DNA of 64,000 nt. Origin: Candidatus Dojkabacteria bacterium HGW-Dojkabacteria-1. Lineage in GTDB: Bacteria > Patescibacteriota > Dojkabacteria > SC72. This document shows positions 28,402-36,240 of the stretch, piece after piece; the stretch's first letter is position 1; every line of letters starts with the position of its first letter. The notes beneath the pieces are model-generated. The model worked only from the letters and a program-made list of their open reading frames with translations, did not search any database and was not told where the DNA came from. The position numbers were made by a program, and so were the translations under genes. The stretch is taken from assembly GCA_002840365.1 (NCBI GenBank), contig PHAO01000001.1, positions 168,647 through 232,646 on the forward strand, in the 5' to 3' direction.

Positions 28402-29556
28402 TTACTTGGGATTAATAATAGTGACTATATTAAGGTTATCCTTACTCATACTGTTTAAATCATTCTCCAATCCTGCAGGGTTACCGATCCTGCCTTCTGG
28501 ATCATAGATAAAACAAATCAAATTTTTACAATCAGGGTGTTTCGAATATCTAGCGATATCAATGATAATCTGTTCTCCAATTTCCTTATCTTCCAAGCCC
28601 TTCCTTGTCTTCTTCACCTCTATAACGGTTTCAATTTCCTTTATCAAGAAATCACTTCGGGATGAGCTTCCTGCGTAGCTTGGGTTCCACTCCTCTTTGC
28701 GAACATCCTCAAATTTTATGTGCAATAACGCATATAATAAATCTTGTACGTCATATTCATCTTCTACCTGAATTGTATCCCGACCGTCATAACGATCCTT
28801 AACTTTTCTAGCAAATCTATGGAAGCCGTTGCACAAATCGAGAACATCCTGTATTTCAGATGTTCTTCCCGTACCCTGCTTAAAATACTTTGACTTGATA
28901 TCAATTTGTTTCAATACGTTACGTGACAAGCGTATTAGCTCCAACATTTTACTAGCTAATAATGTAGTAGAGAGCAGTTCTGAATGGAACTGTATGTGTG
29001 GTGGAACTTTGAATCCTTCAGAAACGGCTCTAGAATCTCTTGATATAGCATTTGAGGGCTGCTGGTATCTGATAAGATCTCTCGTTTGATGGTGTAATTC
29101 CAGATCTTCAATCTTCTTTAGCTCAGCCTGTTGAGTTGAATACTCGTCACTGTCTTTGATAAATGCAAGAGTATTAACAATATCATCTCTAAGTTTCTTA
29201 GCACTTTCAGCAATTTGATTTATCTTGCCACAAAGATCATCTATTTCTTTCAGCTTGTGACTTTCTCCGATCTTACTCTTTACGTCCTCATATGTTTTTT
29301 CGTTCCATCCTGCGGGTATTCCATGATAACCTGCTCCTCCCCATTCAATGTTAAATTTACTTCCAGGAGGTGGTTTCTGAAAATCGCTAAAATATAGGTA
29401 AGCATGGTATCCTAACCAGGAGCCACTCCAAGATTCCTCTAATTTGCTAACGACATCGGCGACATCATCTATCTCCTTAGAATATTTCTTTATATCTGAA
29501 CTATTCTCCTTGTCGAATTTATCTATTTTTTTCTTGAGTTCTTCTAGTTCTTTCAT
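28402..29556 (-). CDS. hypothetical protein: N-terminal alpha-helical domain of unknown family plus C-terminal PD-(D/E)xK nuclease-like domain
   Basis: C-terminal ...EDEYDVQDLLYALLHIKFEDV...SSSRSDFLIKEIETVIEVKK...GEQIIIDIARY fits the E...hhD...ExK...Q..Y pattern of restriction-endonuclease-fold nucleases (motif DNA ~28605-28670). Convergent with the OLD gene (3' ends 8 bp apart); co-directional with the TA pair upstream. Confidence 0.5.
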   Translation of the reverse strand: MKELEELKKKIDKFDKENSSDIKKYSKEIDDVADVVSKLEESWSGSWLGYHAYLYFSDFQKPPPGSKFNIEWGGAGYHGIPAGWNEKTYEDVKSKIGESHKLKEIDDLCGKINQIAESAKKLRDDIVNTLAFIKDSDEYSTQQAELKKIEDLELHHQTRDLIRYQQPSNAISRDSRAVSEGFKVPPHIQFHSELLSTTLLASKMLELIRLSRNVLKQIDIKSKYFKQGTGRTSEIQDVLDLCNGFHRFARKVKDRYDGRDTIQVEDEYDVQDLLYALLHIKFEDVRKEEWNPSYAGSSSRSDFLIKEIETVIEVKKTRKGLEDKEIGEQIIIDIARYSKHPDCKNLICFIYDPEGRIGNPAGLENDLNSMSKDNLNIVTIINPK

Positions 29557-29622
29557 ATGGTAATTATATTAAACCGTAATACATTTGTCGTTTATAAAGT
29601 AATTAGTTGATCTCTTATACTA

Positions 29623-29997
29623 TCAAAGAAATGTTTTGTAGTAGTATTCTAACCTTTCTTTATCTTCATTAGCCTTGTTTCCTTTGTAATATATTTCAAC
29701 CAAAATCACTTTTATATCTTTCTTGATGAAAATATAAATAAGTCTAAGACCTGATTTTGCCCCCTTTCCTTTGAATGATTTTGAAGCGAATTTCTTGACT
29801 TTGCACGAAATAATATCGTCATTGCTGAAGCCCGGTATTGGAAATATTGAATTGTTATCAATGCTGTTGAGATGATATAGACTTATAGCAGCCTTTTTAA
29901 CCACTTCTAAGTCTTCAGGAAGCGTTTTATACTTCTTGCAAAGTTTTTTTAGGTCTTTGTCAAATTCAGATGTTGTTTCAAAGCTAATTTTCCCCAT
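29623..29997 (-). CDS. RelE/YafQ-superfamily type II toxin-like protein
   Basis: 124 aa. FDKDLKKLCKKYKTLPEDLEVVKKAAISL...GLRLIYIFIKKDIKVILVEIYYKG matches the RelE/YafQ/Gp49 layout. Overlaps the upstream HTH-Panacea gene by 14 nt. Confidence 0.55.
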   Translation of the reverse strand: MGKISFETTSEFDKDLKKLCKKYKTLPEDLEVVKKAAISLYHLNSIDNNSIFPIPGFSNDDIISCKVKKFASKSFKGKGAKSGLRLIYIFIKKDIKVILVEIYYKGNKANEDKERLEYYYKTFL

Positions 29998-30766
29998 AAT
30001 TTCTCACTGATGTCTTAGGTGTTCGATAAAATACAGTTTCGTAATCAATGGGTTTCGTGTCTTCGGTAACAATCCAAGGAACATCTTGATGAGAATATTC
30101 GCTTAGCTCACTTGCATTTTTATCTGATAATCTTGCAAGAACTTCATCTATATGACGTAATTCTTGTGCGCTAAGAAGTTTTGATAAATCGGGTTCCCTT
30201 ACAGCTAAATATTTTTTTTGGTCATAGTTAAAGTATTTATTTTTCACTATAACTAACTCTTCTTTTGCAACCATTTCCTCAACAAGCTTTTTAAATTCAA
30301 CCGGTGTTGGTCCATGATGATTTTTTATATATGTTGCTCCTATGAGTTGCTCTTCGTATTTTTCGTAGTAATCAAAATCAATAAAATAAAGTAACTTGTA
30401 TAGTACTGTTTCACCGACATTTGGTTTGGCACCTGCCTTGGTCAGAATATATAAGAAAATTTCACGAAATTTATTGAAATTTTTCTGAGGGATACTAATC
30501 CTTAGATTTTCCTCTTGGTTATCGTTATTGTTCTTCATCTTTTCTATGATATCAATCTTAATCCTATCAACAGGCTTTTGGTTAAGTAGGTCATCGATTG
30601 ACATATTTAACAATTTCGCAAGTTTCTGTAGTTCAGTAAGTGAGAGATCTCTAGTCCCTTGCTCAATATTTATATACGTTGGGCGAGATATCCCTAATTT
30701 CTGGGCAACATAATTTTGGGAGTAATTTAATTTCTCTCTTTGTTTTTGTATATATTTTCCAATCAT
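29984..30766 (-). CDS. XRE-family HTH plus Panacea (DUF4065/SocA-like) domain protein, putative antitoxin
   Basis: N-terminal Cro/C1 HTH (LNYSQNYVAQKLGISRPTYINIEQGTRDLSLTELQKLAKLL). Central VLYKLLYFIDFDYYEKYEEQLIGATYIKNHHGPTPVEF matches the Panacea LxKLLYxxD...GPv core (DNA ~30290-30420). Confidence 0.65.
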   Translation of the reverse strand: MIGKYIQKQREKLNYSQNYVAQKLGISRPTYINIEQGTRDLSLTELQKLAKLLNMSIDDLLNQKPVDRIKIDIIEKMKNNNDNQEENLRISIPQKNFNKFREIFLYILTKAGAKPNVGETVLYKLLYFIDFDYYEKYEEQLIGATYIKNHHGPTPVEFKKLVEEMVAKEELVIVKNKYFNYDQKKYLAVREPDLSKLLSAQELRHIDEVLARLSDKNASELSEYSHQDVPWIVTEDTKPIDYETVFYRTPKTSVRNYGEN

Positions 30767-30791
30767 AGTATTTTGGCAGTTAAATTAAATA

Positions 30792-30932
30792 CTATTTAGT
30801 TCTTTTTTTTCTTTTTTCTCTTTGTGACAACGCACTTCCTGCGACAGATTTTGTTTTTTTTGTGGTTCTCTTATTTCTAAGCAGTGAAGATGCTTTCTTT
30901 GCAACTTTCTTACTGGTTACTTTTCTAGCCAT
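30792..30932 (-). CDS. very small, extremely basic ORF (46 aa: MARKVTSKKVAKKASSLLRNKRTTKKTKSVAGSALSQREKRKKRTK) immediately upstream of the HTH-Panacea gene; speculative
   Basis: Found by hand translation (below the ORF-track size cutoff). A sigma70-like -35/-10 (TTGACA ...15 nt... TATAAT on minus strand, plus coords 30951-30977) lies just upstream. No RBS. Confidence 0.2.
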   Translation of the reverse strand: MARKVTSKKVAKKASSLLRNKRTTKKTKSVAGSALSQREKRKKRTK

Positions 30933-31243
30933 ATCTATGATTCAAATAAAATTATATTTAGATTTTACCGGTGTCAAATATATTTGTCAATACATATGTA
31001 AAGAATGTTGACTTTCATTTATACTTATATGTTTAAATAAGGAAGCTCAAAAAGGAACTTCCACTTATACTCAAACTCTTTAACAAATGAAATAATGCTA
31101 TCAATGAAAGGGAGAATCCGTTCGTACATAGTACGATCACCCCGACCATTTCCATTACTAAGGGTCTAGGAATATATTTCACAATGTTTTGTATCTTTGA
31201 TATTGTAGAACTTGTCTTCTCTTAATTTCAGTACTACCAGAAT

Positions 31244-31426
31244 ATGAAAAAAGACTTCAATGACAAAGTTTTAGAATACCTTTTAATATTTTCCATATGT
31301 TTTGTATTAATTACTCTCTTCTTTGTTCTTTTTGATTTAAACAAGGGAGTAGAGAGTGTGAAGGGTGTTATGAAAAGAGTAGTGTTAAATATCGAAGGAA
31401 CAAAAAGTTCAGAAGAAGGAATATAG
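31244..31426 (+). CDS. hypothetical small membrane protein (60 aa)
   Basis: Single TM helix; ORF only. Confidence 0.3.
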   Translation: MKKDFNDKVLEYLLIFSICFVLITLFFVLFDLNKGVESVKGVMKRVVLNIEGTKSSEEGI

Positions 31427-31442
31427 GTGATATAATTGGGGC

Positions 31443-32069
31443 ATGTCAGATTTACAAGATCCAATACAATCACAACTTTGGGATAGGGTTCAAGAAATAA
31501 AAAGAGATGTTTACGAGGGAAAGACTAACTCCCCAGAAGAAAGGGCTATTGCTTGGAGAGTAGCAGAAAGTGAAGGAGATAGTTTTGTTGTAGAGAAAAT
31601 AAAGGGGGATGTACGTTTGCCAAAAGATAGGTTTGAGTTGGCTGATAAGTTTCTTTCAGAAGCAAAAGAAACCGAAGATGAACTAGCACAGGAGGGTATT
31701 GAATTAAGACCTGTTTCTAGAGACACAAAAGAGTACATGATAGAGGGTTTATTAATGGGTATTACTGAGTATAAGGAAAATAATAATCCTCATGAATTAG
31801 CACATAGACTTTCTACTATTCTAAGTATTGTTTCTCGAGCTGCAGAAGGAGTAGGTTTTGGCAACTATGCTAGCGATTATGGTGATTTAGGTGCTACATA
31901 TCTCTCAAAGAGACAAGTGAAAGAGCTTTGTGAACAAGTAAACTTTATAGCACTCTTTGGTTTTGTACATGTTATGAACAAAGGTTCTGAAGAAAATATT
32001 TCTGTGTATGAGGAACAAAAAGCAACTCTTAAAGCAATAAACTCTGTTTCTGAGAGTATAGTTTTGTAA
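31443..32069 (+). CDS. hypothetical protein (208 aa), composition slightly GC-richer than backbone
   Basis: No recognised motif; clean ORF ending at a long hairpin. Confidence 0.5.
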   Translation: MSDLQDPIQSQLWDRVQEIKRDVYEGKTNSPEERAIAWRVAESEGDSFVVEKIKGDVRLPKDRFELADKFLSEAKETEDELAQEGIELRPVSRDTKEYMIEGLLMGITEYKENNNPHELAHRLSTILSIVSRAAEGVGFGNYASDYGDLGATYLSKRQVKELCEQVNFIALFGFVHVMNKGSEENISVYEEQKATLKAINSVSESIVL

Positions 32070-32092
32070 GAAATTTCATTTGTAAATATGTT

Positions 32093-32160
32093 GTTGACTC
32101 CCACCCCTTGTTTTGTCTTCTACCTAGATTCAGGTAAACAAGAGGTGGGAGTGTCTGACA
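32093..32160. terminator. long inverted repeat (~15-bp stem, ~25-nt loop) between convergent genes; bidirectional terminator candidate
   Basis: gactcccaccccttgtt ... aacaagaggtgggagtgtc. Confidence 0.5.
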
Positions 32161-32184
32161 ACACACCGATAGGTTAATTAGGCT

Positions 32185-33099
32185 CTACGGGGCTAATAAC
32201 TGGAATGGTGGGGTGAACGAGTCACATCCAACGGGGTCAATAGTGTACCCTTTTCCAGCTAAGTCCTTGGGGACATTTCTCATGGTCTCGAACGACTTGC
32301 CACCGTAGCCATAGGCTTCGGGGCCTGACGGACCAAATTGCCACCAACTAAGGTTCCCGCGAGGGATCCCCGTTGCACTGTAATTTGTACCAGCCCATAC
32401 TAAATATCGGAGAACTTGATTCCCACTCTTAAGTGCATAGCATACCACTTTCTTAATGGGGTCTTGCTCGTTAGGATCTGGCGGCCACCGGTTTTTCAAG
32501 TCAGCAAACACCTGTGTTGCTACATTCGAGCTTCCTGCAACAACGGTATGTGCTTCCTTGTGTTCTGGGCTTACCGGTATATACCCTAGCACTGATGCCC
32601 ATAAGGCCAAGGCGGCACTCAGGTCCATTGGATTATCGTAATATATTGCACCAACAGGTACATTTGCAGTATATACGACATACCCAACGGTTAGGGTTCC
32701 CCAGACAATAAGGGCCAAGACATCGGCTGGACCAGGGGCAGGACTATCCATTACACCAACGGCAGCACCGATGGGCATGACAGCGATTCCTGCTTCTTGC
32801 CAGTTGATGGGCTTGTATAGATAGTACACTTGCAGTCCATCAACGTCTTCTTGCAGTGTTGGGGGAGTTTGAATCCTAACAGGAGTGGGAGTAGTAATAA
32901 CCTTCCCTTCACTTGTAGTTATCGATCCCCCCGCAGGAACAATTGTTGCCTCGGCACTTGCCTGTGCTAGAGGCTGGTTTGAACTATCCGGAATTGCAAC
33001 AGGTTGCGCAACCGGTTGAGTATTCACCCCAGAGGGTGGCGTCGAGCAAGCAGCAAGCATTGCAACGACAAGGACATAAACTACCAGCTTTCTAAACAT
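32185..33099 (-). CDS. lipoprotein of foreign origin (GC ~50% vs ~33% backbone), hypothetical
   Basis: Signal peptide plus lipobox LAACS, a Pro/Thr/Gln-rich linker, then a globular C-terminal domain. Codon usage is strongly GC3-rich, unlike all neighbours. Confidence 0.65.
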   Translation of the reverse strand: MFRKLVVYVLVVAMLAACSTPPSGVNTQPVAQPVAIPDSSNQPLAQASAEATIVPAGGSITTSEGKVITTPTPVRIQTPPTLQEDVDGLQVYYLYKPINWQEAGIAVMPIGAAVGVMDSPAPGPADVLALIVWGTLTVGYVVYTANVPVGAIYYDNPMDLSAALALWASVLGYIPVSPEHKEAHTVVAGSSNVATQVFADLKNRWPPDPNEQDPIKKVVCYALKSGNQVLRYLVWAGTNYSATGIPRGNLSWWQFGPSGPEAYGYGGKSFETMRNVPKDLAGKGYTIDPVGCDSFTPPFQLLAP

Positions 33100-33364
33100 G
33101 GATACTCCTTATTTGAACGATAGTGTGTGTTGTCAAAGAACAGAAATCATTATACTATAGGTTGGTACGATTCTCAATTGTTAATATATCTAAATATCTA
33201 TAGTTTTGAATACTCTTCTATCAGCTTATAGTCCTAAGTGCTAAATTAGAATTTCGCCTTGTTAAAGGTTTGTAGTTGATATCAATGAATCAATATAGCT
33301 TATCTATAACTTAAAAATGCTAGGAATATACACTTAATGTATATATCATATAGTTATAAATAAA

Positions 33365-33787
33365 TTGTCATGTATTACTAATATGACAAACAAAGAAAGA
33401 GTAGTTATGCTCTCAATTTTCATTTCAGTATTTGGGTTTTCGCTTTTTAATGCCTTTAATCCTTTACAACAGGAAGTAGGTGTACCTAAGTTTGTTGTAG
33501 CATCAGAATATATCACTAAAGTACCTCTTTCAGAAGAAGAGTATGTATATGATTACAATTTTGATGTAGATAGGCAGTACAGTAGATTTGATTCAAACAA
33601 ATCTAAGATGGTTAATATGTTAAGTATTACACTGGGAATACCAACGGATGAAGTACAGGAAGCATTGGATGGAGGAGTAAGGCCAGGCGAGATGTTAGCA
33701 AGTAATGGTATTTTACTTTCTGACTTAGCTGAGGATTTCAACTTTGAAATCATTGGTGAAAGAGGATTAGTAAGGTTTCTTAGTTGA
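33365..33787 (+). CDS. hypothetical membrane-anchored protein (140 aa)
   Basis: N-terminal TM helix; no motif. Confidence 0.45.
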   Translation: MSCITNMTNKERVVMLSIFISVFGFSLFNAFNPLQQEVGVPKFVVASEYITKVPLSEEEYVYDYNFDVDRQYSRFDSNKSKMVNMLSITLGIPTDEVQEALDGGVRPGEMLASNGILLSDLAEDFNFEIIGERGLVRFLS

Positions 33788-33848
33788 GTAAATTAGTGAT
33801 ATTTGGTATAAATAGAGAGTAATAACGCCTTGCGTCATACGACGAATT

Positions 33849-33878
33849 AAAACCGGCCAACTAGGTCGGTTTTTTGTT
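33849..33878 (+). terminator. rho-independent terminator after 33365..33787
   Basis: aaccggcc-aacta-ggtcggtt followed by TTTTT. Confidence 0.55.
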
Positions 33879-33897
33879 AAATCGACCAACAACCTTT

Positions 33898-34027
33898 GTA
33901 CTAGTGAATCGCTAGTACGAAGTACTAAAGAAAAGACGTTTTCTTTAGTCAAACAACTGGTCGGGCAGTGTGAAGGTAACTTCCACTGATATGGAATACG
34001 TAGCAAGAACGGATTCCATTTCCCGAC
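33898..34027 (+). promoter_or_regulatory. candidate structured leader RNA upstream of the ferredoxin gene: two perfect hairpins plus a three-stem junction
   Basis: H1 gtactag-tgaatcg-ctagtac (33898-33918). H2 actaaagaaaa-gacg-ttttctttagt (33924-33949, 11 bp perfect). 3-way junction 33960-34027: P1 gtcggg/cccgac; P2 cagtg-u-gaag-GUAA-cttc-cactg (GNRA loop); P3 uggaau-15 nt-auucca. Confidence 0.3.
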
Positions 34028-34085
34028 GGTTGATATATTCTCTGATTTTTGAAAAAATGGGATATATAAATTAAGAAACTAGAAT

Positions 34086-34289
34086 ATGAAAGTTTCAATA
34101 GACCCAACAAAGTGTATCGCATGTGGTTCATGTGTCGCTATCTGTCCTGAAGTATTTGAAATGAAAGAGGATGGAACCGTAGATGTGAAATCAGAGTGGA
34201 AGGGAAAGGATATTCCTGAAGAATTAAGAGCAAAGGTTATAGAAGCACATGATATGTGTCCTGTAACTGCCATCGTTATTGAAGATTAA
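34086..34289 (+). CDS. small [4Fe-4S]/[3Fe-4S] ferredoxin
   Basis: CIACGSCVAICP ... DMCPV cysteine pattern; 67 aa. Confidence 0.8.
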   Translation: MKVSIDPTKCIACGSCVAICPEVFEMKEDGTVDVKSEWKGKDIPEELRAKVIEAHDMCPVTAIVIED

Positions 34290-34293
34290 ATAT

Positions 34294-34884
34294 ATGTCTA
34301 AACATCAAGAGAAGATTCTCTGTATACAAAGTGACAAGCTTTTTTCGCTTGGGAAGTGGAATGGTCTTCAGACAGAGAATTTAGATAAATATCTAGAGAT
34401 TCTGAAAGAAGAAAGTGAATTCAGAGTAAGGGCCGAATTAGAAGAAGACCCTTCATACAAGCAGGTTATTGCACAGGTAGTACTTAGATACAAAGACAAG
34501 TACTTTTTACACAAACAGGTAAACAGAACAGAAGAAAGACTAAACTCTCTTTGTCCACTACCACTGGGAGGACATATAGAGGAGTTTGATATTGTAAAAG
34601 GTAAGGATATTTTTGAGATAGCGTTGGATAGGGAATTACATGAAGAAGCTGATGTTAAGTCTAAAATTGTTAAGAAAGATTTTCTTGGTCTTGTATATAT
34701 TGAGGATGAAAATCCTGTTAACCATGTTCATGTAGGATTGTTCTACATATATGATTTAGATGGTAGCGATGTACATATTAGAGAAGAGGGTTTAGAAGAT
34801 ATTGGGTTTGTAAGTTTAGAATATCTTAAAACTAACAAAGAGACTTTAACCTTTTGGAGTAGAGTAGTAATATATCATCTTTAA
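34294..34884 (+). CDS. Nudix hydrolase-like protein (start taken at MSKHQEK; ORF track starts at 34279)
   Basis: Nudix-box-like GGHIEEFDIVKGKDIFEIALDRELHEEADV (Gx5Ex7REUxEExGU with G to D substitution). Confidence 0.5.
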   Translation: MSKHQEKILCIQSDKLFSLGKWNGLQTENLDKYLEILKEESEFRVRAELEEDPSYKQVIAQVVLRYKDKYFLHKQVNRTEERLNSLCPLPLGGHIEEFDIVKGKDIFEIALDRELHEEADVKSKIVKKDFLGLVYIEDENPVNHVHVGLFYIYDLDGSDVHIREEGLEDIGFVSLEYLKTNKETLTFWSRVVIYHL

Positions 34885-34888
34885 AACA

Positions 34889-35302
34889 ATGGAAGATTGT
34901 ATATTTTGTAAAATAGTGAGGGAAGAAATACCTTGTTACAAGACATATGAGGATGAGAATGTAATAGCTTTTTTGGATATATTACCCTTGAGTAAGGGTC
35001 ATACATTAGTAGTACCCAAAAAACACTTCAAAGATATACTTGAAATATCAGATGAAGAGTTGTGTACTACTATGAAAGCATTGAAAAAGATAACGGACCA
35101 TATACAGAGGATTTATAAGCCGGAGGGAATTGTTATTAGACAAAACAATGGAGAAAAGGCAGGACAGTCAGTATTTCATATCCATTTTCATATTAAGCCA
35201 GTATACAATGGTACGACAGTAGTCTCTGAGGTTAATCATAGGAGGGAATATTCGAAAGAAGAGATGGAAAGTATAGTAAAGGATTTAAATATGCTTAATT
35301 AG
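34889..35302 (+). CDS. HIT-family (histidine triad) nucleotide hydrolase
   Basis: CIFCKIV N-terminus, HTLVVPKKH, and HIHFHIKP triad. Confidence 0.85.
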   Translation: MEDCIFCKIVREEIPCYKTYEDENVIAFLDILPLSKGHTLVVPKKHFKDILEISDEELCTTMKALKKITDHIQRIYKPEGIVIRQNNGEKAGQSVFHIHFHIKPVYNGTTVVSEVNHRREYSKEEMESIVKDLNMLN

Positions 35303-36137
35303 AGAAAAAATCTAATATATCTTCCATATACTGCGTATCAACATCCCAATGGGTTTTACCTTGTAAGGTAACAAGCGTTATTTCTTTTCCAAACCTATTC
35401 ATCGTATTTACAAAATTAACAGAGGTGGAATATGGAACATTTATATCTGCATTACCATGCCATATCTTTATCTCTATCCCTTTAATCTTGTCTACTCTAG
35501 CCTGATTCCATTCAGAAGCTCTAGTTGTTGGAGCAAGTAGGGCTATCTTTGATACCATCTCAGGATTCTCAGAGGCAAAATTCATTGTAGGTAGACCTCC
35601 CATACTAAAACCAATCAAATATATGTTAGGTTTAATATCATAGTTTTGCATTACCCACTGTTTTAGATTGAGAGTATCTCTTACAGAAGCTTGATTACCC
35701 CAGTTAACTCCATGTTGATTTGATGCTGCAAAGATATAGTTATGTTGAGTAAAGAAGATACCATATTCAAGAAGATCTTTCATAAATTGATCTTCCATAT
35801 TCTGTGTTACATTGGTATTTGAACCATGGCTGTATATTATCAATGTTGGAGGATTTTTTGAATCAATCTTTGTTGGTACAACTACATATGCCTGTTCGTT
35901 ATCGATAATGGGGAAAAATTCCTCATACAGAGGTCCTTTTGCAATATCTTCTTCTACAAGATTCTCCTGCTCTACTTCAATATTTTCCGTTTGTGGAGAT
36001 TCCTCATTTGCTTTTGTATCTACAAGGAATACCTTGTAACAAAGGTAGGCTGGTATGGCAAGTAGAAGTACAAGTACTATGAAGAGTAGTATGTTTATTA
36101 AAACATCTTTTATCTTGTTATCCATATATTGCCCCAC
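35295..36137 (-). CDS. membrane-anchored alpha/beta-hydrolase (esterase/lipase fold)
   Basis: N-terminal TM; nucleophile elbow GFSMGG; HG oxyanion region YSHGS. Confidence 0.65.
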   Translation of the reverse strand: MGQYMDNKIKDVLINILLFIVLVLLLAIPAYLCYKVFLVDTKANEESPQTENIEVEQENLVEEDIAKGPLYEEFFPIIDNEQAYVVVPTKIDSKNPPTLIIYSHGSNTNVTQNMEDQFMKDLLEYGIFFTQHNYIFAASNQHGVNWGNQASVRDTLNLKQWVMQNYDIKPNIYLIGFSMGGLPTMNFASENPEMVSKIALLAPTTRASEWNQARVDKIKGIEIKIWHGNADINVPYSTSVNFVNTMNRFGKEITLVTLQGKTHWDVDTQYMEDILDFFSN

Positions 36138-36240
36138 CTACTTTAGTATATCATACACTTCAAGAATTGACATACTTAGGTAATTGAAATATCATAATAT
36201 TCAATTGCCCTCGAATTAATATATTAAACGTTTTCCAATT

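Noticed and set aside
28402-29556. Possibility that the gene downstream of the OLD-family gene is the GajB/UvrD-like helicase partner (a Gabija system).
   Set aside because: It is convergent rather than co-directional, and it has no Walker A/B or helicase motifs. Its only recognisable feature is a PD-(D/E)xK core.
33960-34027. Assignment of the three-way-junction element to a specific known class (purine riboswitch, hammerhead ribozyme, tRNA-like).
   Set aside because: The joining regions are nearly absent and do not match the purine J1/2-J2/3-J3/1 consensus. CUGAUAUGG is close to but not the hammerhead CUGANGA box, and no GAAA partner is correctly placed. There are only three stems. The element is left as an unclassified candidate.
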